Virus record (IMG/VR): IMGVR_UViG_3300044266_000349
Span: 11,149-75,148 of that record
Source of the DNA: a virus
Taxonomy: Duplodnaviria; Caudoviricetes
DNA: 64,000 nucleotides
Direction: 5' to 3' (one strand)
Both the position numbers and the translations under genes were made by a program. How positions within the stretch are numbered: position 1 is the first letter of the stretch; the number at the start of each line of letters is the position of its first letter. Positions 16,520 through 26,001 of this stretch are shown piece by piece. The notes under the pieces are model-generated. The model was not told the origin of the DNA. It worked only from the letters and a program-made list of their open reading frames with translations, and ran no database searches.

Positions 16520-17131
16520 TTAAGATTTCCTTATTTCGTTCATTGAATCCTGCCACACTTCCATGGGTTTGGCTTTTCTGAATTGTTGTACCGGTAAATA
16601 TGTTGCAATATCCCACTCATTTGGTTGTACTGCCAGGATCCTGGACTTTACATGATTCGTTAAGTAACGCTTCAGACACGGTCTAAACTCTCTGAATCGT
16701 CTGGATGCAGCCAGGATGTCATAGGTAATACGTATTCTTTTGAGTTCATCTTCTTCATTATAGACTGCACCATATGATAACATTTTCTTCATAAGTGCCA
16801 CACGAAACTTAATTGGTAGGTAATGTAGGTTTAATCCTAGGAATCCATCAGGATACCTCTCCAACATCAATACCAATGGAAAAGTATCATAATATGGAAG
16901 TCCATTTTTCATTTTAGGATTGTAATGGAAAAAATACAATCCACCCAACATAAAACGATTTACATATCGCGGTTTTTCGGTACGAATTTGTGATGGAAAC
17001 TGTTTTATTTGGATTCCACGAAGCATTGCAATCTTGGCCGTCAACCATTGCATAGACTCGCGGCTAAACGTCTGCAACTCGGCCGCAGACTTTTCTTCTC
17101 CGAGTATTGATAATTGTGATTTTGTTGCCAT
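16520..17131 (-). CDS. gp2: DNA end protector protein
   Basis: YxPKxKxxLPYYDxFPL and FLGLNLHYLP motifs. Confidence 0.92.
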   Translation of the reverse strand: MATKSQLSILGEEKSAAELQTFSRESMQWLTAKIAMLRGIQIKQFPSQIRTEKPRYVNRFMLGGLYFFHYNPKMKNGLPYYDTFPLVLMLERYPDGFLGLNLHYLPIKFRVALMKKMLSYGAVYNEEDELKRIRITYDILAASRRFREFRPCLKRYLTNHVKSRILAVQPNEWDIATYLPVQQFRKAKPMEVWQDSMNEIRKS

Positions 17132-17135
17132 GATA

Positions 17136-17143
17136 TATTTATT
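17136..17143 (-). promoter_or_regulatory. T4-type late promoter AATAAATA (gp2)
   Basis: ATAAATA core 5 nt before gp2 ATG; similar to T4 TATAAATA. Confidence 0.6.
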
Positions 17144-17576
17144 TCAATCCTAGATGGTCTTCGGTGATAACTTTAAACTCCCAACCACGGTCCAGACAGT
17201 ATTCTTGTGCAGCTTTCCATTTGGCCTGATTGATACCCCATGTGGCAACTTCTTGAATGTACTGTTTTGTTGCTCTTTTTCTTGGTTCTGGTGGTTGAGA
17301 TTGTTTTTTGGGTTTAACTTCCAGCATCATTGTTCGTATTTTGCCTTCACGATTACGAACTTTGACCAAGAAATCTGGAAAGTAACGGTGCCATTTGCCG
17401 TCCACTGGCGATTTGTATGGAACAGTCAACTCTTCTGATGCCCACGACAAAATATCTGGATTTTTGTCTAACCATGACATAACCCTACACTCCCAACTGG
17501 AGCGATAGATGATATTTTTATGATCCCCAATGTATTTTTGGGGATTTGAAGGTCTAAATGTTCCAGAATACGCCAT
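17139..17576 (-). CDS. gp4: head completion nuclease
   Basis: AYSGxFxPxNPxKY, YRSSWE, RYFPDF, LEVKP. Confidence 0.93.
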   Translation of the reverse strand: MAYSGTFRPSNPQKYIGDHKNIIYRSSWECRVMSWLDKNPDILSWASEELTVPYKSPVDGKWHRYFPDFLVKVRNREGKIRTMMLEVKPKKQSQPPEPRKRATKQYIQEVATWGINQAKWKAAQEYCLDRGWEFKVITEDHLGLK

Positions 17577-17581
17577 AAATA
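17574..17581 (+). promoter_or_regulatory. late promoter CATAAATA for the baseplate operon
   Basis: Overlaps the start codon of the divergent gp4 gene. Confidence 0.6.
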
Positions 17582-17608
17582 CTATATATGTTTTTCCAGG
17601 AAAAGTTC

Positions 17609-18526
17609 ATGGCTAGCATCTCCAATCTAACGACCGTACCAAAAATTACCAGTGGTCGTGGACCACTTAAAGATTTATATGTCACCGAAGGTGTGACCGT
17701 GAATCGTTATCCTGAGGACCTTGAAACCGATTATAAAAGTCACTTTGTTCAATTCAACGCTTATAAAATACAACCTTTGTTGGATGTGGCAAAAAGTATA
17801 GTTTCCGATTCATCTTATGCAACAACTGTGGCCAAAGATGTTGCCGATATTGTCACAAAAGCTGGAGACACAATAAAAGAAGTAACGACAGCAGCGTCAA
17901 AAAGAAATTCTATACAAGATATAAGTTTTCGCCAAGGTAAAAAAGTTAGTTCGATCATCAATCTGTTTATTCCAGACACTTTAAATTTTCAATATAATGC
18001 GTCCTATGGTGAACTCACACTTAAAGAAGCTGCCGAAAGCTTGCCGTTAAAGGTGGGAACGGCAGCTCAAGCCGCCACATCACTCATAAACAATAGAGCA
18101 TCTAAATTGATGTTGGCTGCCAACGGTTTAACTTTTAATCCCGGCCAACAATTATTGTTTGAAGGTATTGATTTTAGAACATATCAAATGTCATTTACAT
18201 TTACTCCAGCATCATCGAAAGAAAGTGATCAGGTAAGAGATATTATTAAAAAATTCAGAATGAATGCTGCTCCGACACTCAACCAGAAAACTTATGGTAT
18301 GTTTTTTGTTCCGCCTTCAGTTTTTGAAATTAAGTTTTTTTCGAATGGCCAAGAAAACATGGAAATACCAAGATTAAAACCATGTGTTATTAAAGATATT
18401 GATGTAAACTATGCGCCAAACGGATGGGCAGCACACACTGGTGGCGCTCCAGTACAAACTGTATTGACTATGACTTTCCAAGAAACATCACTGATAGACA
18501 GTGTGGATGTAGAACAAGGTTATTAA
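17609..18526 (+). CDS. gp48: baseplate tail-tube cap
   Basis: FEGIDFRTYQMSFTFTP, PxVFEIKF, CVIKDIDVNY, LTMTFQE; ATG 17609 preferred (SD AGGA), 17588 also possible. Confidence 0.85.
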   Translation: MASISNLTTVPKITSGRGPLKDLYVTEGVTVNRYPEDLETDYKSHFVQFNAYKIQPLLDVAKSIVSDSSYATTVAKDVADIVTKAGDTIKEVTTAASKRNSIQDISFRQGKKVSSIINLFIPDTLNFQYNASYGELTLKEAAESLPLKVGTAAQAATSLINNRASKLMLAANGLTFNPGQQLLFEGIDFRTYQMSFTFTPASSKESDQVRDIIKKFRMNAAPTLNQKTYGMFFVPPSVFEIKFFSNGQENMEIPRLKPCVIKDIDVNYAPNGWAAHTGGAPVQTVLTMTFQETSLIDSVDVEQGY

Positions 18527-18527
18527 A

Positions 18528-19127
18528 ATGCAATATTTTAGTACATTACCAAAAATTGTTCAGTATGAAAACTTCACATCTAAGTTACTGACAAATATTA
18601 CTGCTCGAGCAAGTGTTGTACCTTCACTTTTAAATGATCCTGTTGTTTTTTACAAATATGATATACAGGACGAAGATACACCAGAATCTGTTGCACAAAA
18701 ATATTATGGTGATTCATATGCATATTGGGTAATATTATACACTAATGAAATTATGGATCCTTTATGGGATTGGCCACTTTCAAATAAAAATTTCAATAAC
18801 TATATTGAAAACAAATATCCATCCGAAGAATTTAACGTGTATGCAACAATACACCATTATGAAAAAATAGTTACTCAATTGGATGTTATAACAAATACTA
18901 CAACAGTCAACAAAGTGATTATAGATCAAACCACATACGATTCGTTAGTTGAAACAACCAATACATATACATTACCAACTGGAAATGTAATTGTAACAAT
19001 AACAAAAAATGCTGTTTCTTATTATGATTATGAATGGCAAGCCAACGAAGATAAGAGAACAATTAATTTATTGAATCGCATATATCTTGGCCAAATTGAA
19101 GAAGAATTTAAGAATTTAATGAGTTAA
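18528..19127 (+). CDS. gp53: baseplate wedge subunit (LysM-like)
   Basis: MQYFSTLP, DTPESVAQKYYGD, YWVILYTN, DWPLS, HHYE. Confidence 0.9.
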   Translation: MQYFSTLPKIVQYENFTSKLLTNITARASVVPSLLNDPVVFYKYDIQDEDTPESVAQKYYGDSYAYWVILYTNEIMDPLWDWPLSNKNFNNYIENKYPSEEFNVYATIHHYEKIVTQLDVITNTTTVNKVIIDQTTYDSLVETTNTYTLPTGNVIVTITKNAVSYYDYEWQANEDKRTINLLNRIYLGQIEEEFKNLMS

Positions 19128-19128
19128 A

Positions 19129-20577
19129 ATGGAAAATACCGAATTAACGTTTGGGCCAGAAAATGGCGGCAATGGTGCATATTATCAACAAGACTTTGAC
19201 TTAGAAGCAATTGATATTATTACTGGATCTGGCACCATCCATGTTCGTAATTTGGTACTTGAACTTTCTTTTTTTGAAGACATATACAGTTTCGTTGTTT
19301 CGGGCCATATTGTCTTAACTGATGCATTAGGACTTATGGAAAAGTTGAAAATAGACGGAAACGAATATGTAAATGTTGTTTATGGTAAAACAAAAAAACA
19401 AGCCAATGAGTTCAAGAATGATAGAAAATATAGAATCTATAAGATAAGTGACAAAACACCAATTGGAAATCATACAGCCGAATTTTTAACAATTTATTTT
19501 TGTTCTGAAGAACTTATGTTATCGGAACAAATTAAGATTAGCAAATCTTATTGCAATGAAAGTGCAAAGCCCGTTGCCACATCTAAAGATACAAACGAAG
19601 GTATAATCAACCAAATTTTAAATGATTTTCTAAAAGTTCGTTCGGATAGAATTGAAAAGATAGAACCGACATATGGTGTTTATGACTTCATCATACCACG
19701 ATTAAAACCATTTGAAGCCATAAGTTGGTTGTCTTTATACGCAAGACCAAATGATTCTCAAATTGGATCCGACATGTTATTTTTTGAAACTAAAGACGGA
19801 TTCAATTTCAGGTCACTACAATCAATGTATGGTGATCCAGTTTATGCCTCATACAAATGGCAACCAAAAAATGCAAACGATAATTTTGAGCAGGGAGCTT
19901 TTGCGGATGGATTGGTTACCATTTTAGATTTACAATTTATTAAAACATCCGATGCATTGAACGAAACATCATCTGGCACATATGCAAACAAGTTGATTTC
20001 TATTGATACACTAACAAAATCTTATAAGGTTGTAGACTACAGTTATGATCAAAATTATTTGAAAAACAGTGGTAAAAATAAACCCCAAACATTAAATAAA
20101 AATCCAGTCATTGGTGAAGCACAAGATAAATTAGGTTTAAAACCAACAACAGCTTACGAGAGTGCGGTAAAGGTTGTTGTTGGAAATTCAAATCAAACAT
20201 CATATGATTATGTGAAAGAGAAACCTGGAAGTGTGGCTAAAGATATTTTTATCGAAACTTGGGTTCCATATAGAACATCACAGATTGCTTTAGCTAATCA
20301 CACAATACTTAAATTGTTAATTCCTGGTGATAGTGATATGACCGCAGGAAAAATTATCAATTTGAACATATTTTCGTTGTCGGTCGATTCAAACAACAAC
20401 AGAAAATTGGACGAATATTTTTCTGGAAAATATATTGTATCAGCCGTACGCCACATTATCCAATCTGATGGAAAATTTCAAACTGTAATGGAGATAGCCA
20501 AAGAAAGTTCTGTATTGCAGTTGGATTCTCCAAATTCGTCTGATTATGAATATCAAAGAACTCTTGATGGAATTTAA
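19129..20577 (+). CDS. putative baseplate hub protein (gp27-like)
   Basis: Between gp53 and gp5; LSFFEDI, FFETKDGFNFRSL, GKYIVSAVRH typical of this slot. Confidence 0.7.
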   Translation: MENTELTFGPENGGNGAYYQQDFDLEAIDIITGSGTIHVRNLVLELSFFEDIYSFVVSGHIVLTDALGLMEKLKIDGNEYVNVVYGKTKKQANEFKNDRKYRIYKISDKTPIGNHTAEFLTIYFCSEELMLSEQIKISKSYCNESAKPVATSKDTNEGIINQILNDFLKVRSDRIEKIEPTYGVYDFIIPRLKPFEAISWLSLYARPNDSQIGSDMLFFETKDGFNFRSLQSMYGDPVYASYKWQPKNANDNFEQGAFADGLVTILDLQFIKTSDALNETSSGTYANKLISIDTLTKSYKVVDYSYDQNYLKNSGKNKPQTLNKNPVIGEAQDKLGLKPTTAYESAVKVVVGNSNQTSYDYVKEKPGSVAKDIFIETWVPYRTSQIALANHTILKLLIPGDSDMTAGKIINLNIFSLSVDSNNNRKLDEYFSGKYIVSAVRHIIQSDGKFQTVMEIAKESSVLQLDSPNSSDYEYQRTLDGI

Positions 20578-20579
20578 AA

Positions 20580-21746
20580 ATGTTTCAAAATTTTATAGGT
20601 AAAGATGGGTTTTATTGGTGGATTGGTGTTGTTGAACTACAAGATGATCCACTAAAAATAGGCCGCCATAAAGTTAGAATATTTGGTTGGCACACTGAAG
20701 ATTTGAATGTCATACCCACATCCGACTTGCCGTGGGCAAAGGTATTGTTGCCACCAAATAGCACAAATTCATATGCATCCATAAGACCAGGCGATTATGT
20801 TTTTGGATTCTTTGAAGATGGTGTGGCAGCACAATCACCGGTTATTATGGGTGTTTATTCCAGTATAGAACCAAAAAATGTCATAGAATCCAGAGGGTTT
20901 TCTTCACAGAGACCGGAAGAAAACATACCACAGATGCCGGAGAATCAAATTGATAGAGAACCCGGCCAACCAACAACACCAAGATTATATCGTGGCGTCG
21001 TGGAAAAAACACCAGTATCTGCTACAAATGAAGATTTAACACACGTTTGTGGTTTTAAATTCAATTTAAATTTTGATGTTGATTTGGGATTAGGTGAATT
21101 AACGGCAGTCAAAGAATTGGCGACGGCTTTGCAACGAGGCATACAAGACGGTAAAAAAGGTGTTGCTGATGCAGTTCGTCAAGCAGCAGCCAAAATTATC
21201 AAAGCATTAAAAGCTGCAAGAAAAGCCATCATTTCACTATTGGGTACGTCTGATGTGACAGGAGTTGCATCATTTTCTTTTTCCAAATTAAAAGATTTGA
21301 CGAGACAATTAAATGGTATGTTATCTGAAGCCGCTGAAATGACTTATGATATTGGTAGGGCCATAGGTGTTGTGCAAGGCATTAAAGAATTGGCTGCTTG
21401 GATAACTTCACTACCACAAAAAATACAAGAAATGGTAAAACAGTGTTTGGCCAATTTTACAAATTCTGTGAAAAAAGTTGTGTCGGATATTAATGCTTTA
21501 CCCAGCCAAGTTGAAAATTCAGTGAAATCACAATTTGCAAATTTCACAAACGATGTAAACAAGTCAATAAATACAATTAAATCTGAATTGACCACCTCAC
21601 AATCTTCCGAAAGTACCACAATGATGAGGATTCTGCAAGGTGACTCCAGCGATTCAACTTTAGATGCACTCAAAACATCTTTGCAACCACCGAGTGCAAA
21701 AGATATTCTTAAATCTTTGACAAAAACTTCTTTACAAAGACCTTAA
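20580..21746 (+). CDS. gp5: gp5 N-terminal OB-fold module plus helical extension, no recognisable lysozyme
   Basis: WWIGVVE..DDPLKIGRxKVRIFGWH...LPWA, VFGFFxDG..AQxPVIMG. Confidence 0.85.
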   Translation: MFQNFIGKDGFYWWIGVVELQDDPLKIGRHKVRIFGWHTEDLNVIPTSDLPWAKVLLPPNSTNSYASIRPGDYVFGFFEDGVAAQSPVIMGVYSSIEPKNVIESRGFSSQRPEENIPQMPENQIDREPGQPTTPRLYRGVVEKTPVSATNEDLTHVCGFKFNLNFDVDLGLGELTAVKELATALQRGIQDGKKGVADAVRQAAAKIIKALKAARKAIISLLGTSDVTGVASFSFSKLKDLTRQLNGMLSEAAEMTYDIGRAIGVVQGIKELAAWITSLPQKIQEMVKQCLANFTNSVKKVVSDINALPSQVENSVKSQFANFTNDVNKSINTIKSELTTSQSSESTTMMRILQGDSSDSTLDALKTSLQPPSAKDILKSLTKTSLQRP

Positions 21747-21748
21747 TT

Positions 21749-22600
21749 ATGGCAACAGAACCAAGAGCATTTGATGGATTTACAGAGCCAGAATCGGCTG
21801 CAAACACCGATTATCAACCTGTATATCCATACAACAATGTTACTCAAACACCAAGTGGGCATCTATTTGAAATGGATGATACTCCTACACGTGAAAGGGT
21901 TCGCCTCCAGCACAGATCAAAAACATTCATTGAAATGCACCCAAATGGTGACCAGGTACATAAAATATATGGAAACGGATATACCATCACATTAGGCGAC
22001 CATAATATTGCGATTGGTGTGGACAATGGTGAAAATGCAAATAAATGTAATATTACAATTTATGGTGATGTAAATTTGAACGTCAAAGGCGACTTCTATC
22101 AAGAAGTTGATGGAAATTATAGTTTACACGTTAAAGGTCGTTACACACAAACTGTGGATAAAACTTCGTCCATCGTATCGGCAGGGGACATGAGAATTAC
22201 CGCTGGTGCCAGTGCAACAGGAGCTCTTAGAATTACCACCGGTGACCATGTGTACGTTGATGGAGATTTGAGTGTTGATGGTGAAATGATTGCCACAAAA
22301 ATAACTTCCACAACCCGTGTCGATGCCGGCGTAGGAATTGGTGCAGGCCTAGCAGGTGTTGTATCATTGGGTGGAATATCTGTTGGAGGAGCAATTCCTG
22401 CAATTCCAGGCACAATTACAGCTACAGTTTCAGTGTTAGCACCAGTGGTTATGGGTACCAATATGGTATATGGCAGTATTTTGATGGACCCAACGGGCGG
22501 TGCACCACTGATGCGATCAATATATGATTCACATGCCCATATTTCATCATCACCGGGTTCACCAACATCTCTGCCTCTTGCTTTGATGCCTTTACCGTAA
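21749..22600 (+). CDS. gp5: gp5 C-terminal beta-helix spike module with terminal HxH
   Basis: YPYNNVTQTPSGHLFEMDDTP..ER, Val/Gly-rich repeats, YDSHAH near C-terminus. Confidence 0.8.
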   Translation: MATEPRAFDGFTEPESAANTDYQPVYPYNNVTQTPSGHLFEMDDTPTRERVRLQHRSKTFIEMHPNGDQVHKIYGNGYTITLGDHNIAIGVDNGENANKCNITIYGDVNLNVKGDFYQEVDGNYSLHVKGRYTQTVDKTSSIVSAGDMRITAGASATGALRITTGDHVYVDGDLSVDGEMIATKITSTTRVDAGVGIGAGLAGVVSLGGISVGGAIPAIPGTITATVSVLAPVVMGTNMVYGSILMDPTGGAPLMRSIYDSHAHISSSPGSPTSLPLALMPLP

Positions 22601-22610
22601 TGGAGATAAA

Positions 22611-23435
22611 ATGACTACAGTATATGAAAGATTAGGGCTTACGATTGATGCTTCTTTTTTTGGTGCAGCTGCCAATCTATCGTCTGGAGCTGCCAACTCT
22701 TTGGCCTTTATTGCTGATAATACCCCACCATTGCCGGATTGGCAAATTAGTGCGTTATCAAATGGTGCAACAACGCCTATCGTAAGAACTGATTATTTTC
22801 AAAATCCGCTATCATCCAACCTTTCAAGTATATACACAAGCGCACACACCATCTATATTACAGCCACAACGGCAGCCGATACTGATGTAGCTCTATCTGC
22901 AAACAATTTAATGATTAAAGTCGACCAGTTCACAAAACACACAGATAATATTGCTGGTGTCAGTGTGGTTATGGACGCAAATACACCATCATATGACACT
23001 GCATCTGCTTTGGGTCAACAAGTAATGATGATTTTGGCCAAGACTGATGGAAATACTTCAGTAACAAATACTACACCGATTCTTGGTAGTTTCAGTAGTT
23101 TATTCATACCCAAAGATATTCAAACAAATACGATACAGATGGTAGCTTATGCTGGTGAATATGCAAACAGTTTAATAAGTGACGGCATGGGTGGTTATTA
23201 TAGTGGTTTAGGACCAGAAGAAAATGCAAATATCATAAGTTATATGAATAGTACATCGGCACTTATGAATTTACGTTGGTCATCGGATGTGACATATTAT
23301 AATAATGCAAAAAAAGTGGTACAGGACTATTCTTTTCTGCAACAATTCAATAATATGGGAGGCACAAATACTTATTTGGTTACAAATATCGTAGGAACAC
23401 CAACTCTGGCCAACAATATTACCGCAAATTCCTAA
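22611..23435 (+). CDS. hypothetical virion/baseplate protein
   Basis: SD GGAG; Asn/Thr-rich; between gp5 and gp25. Confidence 0.65.
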   Translation: MTTVYERLGLTIDASFFGAAANLSSGAANSLAFIADNTPPLPDWQISALSNGATTPIVRTDYFQNPLSSNLSSIYTSAHTIYITATTAADTDVALSANNLMIKVDQFTKHTDNIAGVSVVMDANTPSYDTASALGQQVMMILAKTDGNTSVTNTTPILGSFSSLFIPKDIQTNTIQMVAYAGEYANSLISDGMGGYYSGLGPEENANIISYMNSTSALMNLRWSSDVTYYNNAKKVVQDYSFLQQFNNMGGTNTYLVTNIVGTPTLANNITANS

Positions 23436-23513
23436 AATTTCGATTTTTTCTTTTCCGGCCCGTGATTTTTTCCGACGCTATCTCAGATTCCGAAAAAGCG
23501 TTTTACTCCTAGA

Positions 23514-23521
23514 CATAAATA
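23514..23521 (+). promoter_or_regulatory. late promoter CATAAATA (gp25)
   Basis: ATAAATA core 4 nt before ATG. Confidence 0.65.
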
Positions 23522-23525
23522 AAAC

Positions 23526-23918
23526 ATGGCAACCTTACAAAAAGTATATTCAGATATAGATTTTACTTTCACCAAGAAACCGGTGACGGCTGATATCGCT
23601 CTGAGCTATGATTCGCAAGCTGTTATTAGATCAATACGCAATTTAATATTAACGAAATATTATGAAAGGCCCTTTAATCCTAATTTAGGAAGTAATATTT
23701 CTTCTTTATTGTTTGAACCACTGACACTTTCAACATCTTCTGCGATTGAAAATGAAATTAAAGCTACGATAGATAATTTTGAATCAAGAGCACTCATTCA
23801 AAGTGTGACAGCGGTGGCCGACGAAAGTAATAACGGTTATAATGTGACAATTACATTTTATATACAAAATGAAACACAGCCCACAACAATAACATTTCTT
23901 TTAGAGAGAAACAGATAA
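23526..23918 (+). CDS. gp25: baseplate wedge subunit
   Basis: YSDIDFxF, SIRNLILTxxYERPFNPxLGS, FEP. Confidence 0.93.
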   Translation: MATLQKVYSDIDFTFTKKPVTADIALSYDSQAVIRSIRNLILTKYYERPFNPNLGSNISSLLFEPLTLSTSSAIENEIKATIDNFESRALIQSVTAVADESNNGYNVTITFYIQNETQPTTITFLLERNR

Positions 23919-23919
23919 A

Positions 23920-26001
23920 ATGGCCGGTGCAAATTCAAATATCCAAATGACCGATTTGGATTTTAACACGATCAAAAATAATCTCAAAACATATCTACAA
24001 TCACAAGATGTTTTGAAAGATTATAATTTTGAAGGTTCCGCACTTGCAACTTTGTTGGATGTTTTGGCATACAACACGCAATATAATGCATACTATTTAA
24101 ATATGGTTGCAAATGAAATGTTTTTGGATACCGCAGTGCAAAGAAATTCAGTGGTTTCACAGGCAAAAGTTTTAAATTATGTACCGCAATCTGTGAGAGC
24201 TCCAACTGCCACAATCAATTTGACTGTACACCAAGTCACCGACGCATCATTAACGCTGCCAGCTGGAACACCATTTCTTTCCGAGTCGATAGATGGCGTC
24301 AATTATAATTTTGTAACGTCAGATTCTACAACAGTCGGTGTATCCAACAATACGGCTGAATTTACTGATATTGAATTGAAACAGGGTATTTTAGGAACAA
24401 CCTACTACGCAGTCAATTTTGATACAAATCCAAAATGTCTATTTCAATTACCACAAAGTAATATAGATACTTCCACACTGAAAATTTTGGTACAAGAGTC
24501 TTCTTCTAACGGATCTGTTACAACTTTCACACAATCATCAAATTATTTAACTTTAAATGGTGATTCAACCGTATATTTTTTGCAAGAAGGGTTGAATGGA
24601 TTATATGAAGTTTATTTTGGTGATGGAATATTAGGTAAAAAATTAAAAAATGGTAATATTGTTATCGCTTCATATGTCACAACACAAGGACAATTATCTG
24701 CTGGAGCTAACAATTTCGTATTGATGGGTTCAATATCGGGTTATGCGAACACAACTATTTTTCCTGTGACTTCTGCTACGCAAGGTTCCGACAAGGAAAG
24801 TATAAGTTCTATTAAATTCCAAGCACCAAAATCATATTCTGCACAAGGTCGTGCCGTAACCAAAGAAGATTATATCACAGCTATACAACAAAACAAACAA
24901 GGCTATCCTGTTGATGCCGTCAGTGTATGGGGTGGAGAACAAAACGATCCGCCAGTTTACGGGCAAGTTTTTGTGGCTATTAAACCTTCTGGCGGTTATG
25001 TATTGACAGACACACAGAAACAAAGACTGATAGATGATGTTATTAATCCAATTTCTGTTGTCACAGTACGACCAACAATCGTTGATCCTGATTACACCTA
25101 TCTTAAACTCACAACAAATGTTCTGTATGATACCAAAAAAACAACCAGAACATCACAACAAATACAATCAGTTATTAAGTCGGCCATTAGTAATTTTGCC
25201 GCAAGTACACTGAATAGTTTCAATTCGACATTTTCATCAGCAGATTTAAATGCAAGTGTTCGTGTTGCAGACCCATCAATCGTTGCAAACGAAACAAATG
25301 TACAAATACAGAAAAAAATATTACCTAATTTTGGAAGTTCAACAACATACAAGTTATATTTTGGTACTGAATTGAAGAAAGGTATGTTCCAGAGTGGTAT
25401 TAGCAGTTATCCTGCATTACAGTTTAGAAGCCCATTGAATGCGGCAGTTACAATCGACGGGGTTTACATTGAAGAATTGCCAGTATCAACTGGAGGTATT
25501 GAATCTATACTTGTAACAAATCCAGGATTCGGTTATCAAACAACACCAACAGTTAAAATAGTTGGTGACGGAACAGGTGCCACAGCAGTAGCAGTATTGA
25601 ATACGAATGGCAGTATTAAACAAATCAATGTGACTGCAAAAGGTTCAGGTTATACTAGCGCAATCATCAGTATCACTCCAGCCGACAACGATACCACAGG
25701 AAGTTTGGGTGCCGCTGTTGCAAGTCTTGAGGGCCAATATGGTACATTGAGATTGTACTACAACGACACAAATAATGTAAAGACTGTTTTCAATAGTAAT
25801 ATCGGAACAATTGATTATGTCAATGGCGTAATAACACTTAATGATTTTAATCCAATTGGTGTTTCTGACCCATTAGGTCAACTGTCAATCACTGCTAATC
25901 CAGCAACGACAATTATTTCTTCATCATACAATCGTATCATTACAGTAGACGAATTTGATCCTACTGCAATCACAGTTAATGCTACTGCTAAATCGTCATG
26001 A
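23920..26001 (+). CDS. gp6: baseplate wedge subunit
   Basis: DLDFxxIK, DYNFEGS, LAYNTxYNAxYLNM, YFGDG, QGRAVTxEDY. Confidence 0.95.
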   Translation: MAGANSNIQMTDLDFNTIKNNLKTYLQSQDVLKDYNFEGSALATLLDVLAYNTQYNAYYLNMVANEMFLDTAVQRNSVVSQAKVLNYVPQSVRAPTATINLTVHQVTDASLTLPAGTPFLSESIDGVNYNFVTSDSTTVGVSNNTAEFTDIELKQGILGTTYYAVNFDTNPKCLFQLPQSNIDTSTLKILVQESSSNGSVTTFTQSSNYLTLNGDSTVYFLQEGLNGLYEVYFGDGILGKKLKNGNIVIASYVTTQGQLSAGANNFVLMGSISGYANTTIFPVTSATQGSDKESISSIKFQAPKSYSAQGRAVTKEDYITAIQQNKQGYPVDAVSVWGGEQNDPPVYGQVFVAIKPSGGYVLTDTQKQRLIDDVINPISVVTVRPTIVDPDYTYLKLTTNVLYDTKKTTRTSQQIQSVIKSAISNFAASTLNSFNSTFSSADLNASVRVADPSIVANETNVQIQKKILPNFGSSTTYKLYFGTELKKGMFQSGISSYPALQFRSPLNAAVTIDGVYIEELPVSTGGIESILVTNPGFGYQTTPTVKIVGDGTGATAVAVLNTNGSIKQINVTAKGSGYTSAIISITPADNDTTGSLGAAVASLEGQYGTLRLYYNDTNNVKTVFNSNIGTIDYVNGVITLNDFNPIGVSDPLGQLSITANPATTIISSSYNRIITVDEFDPTAITVNATAKSS

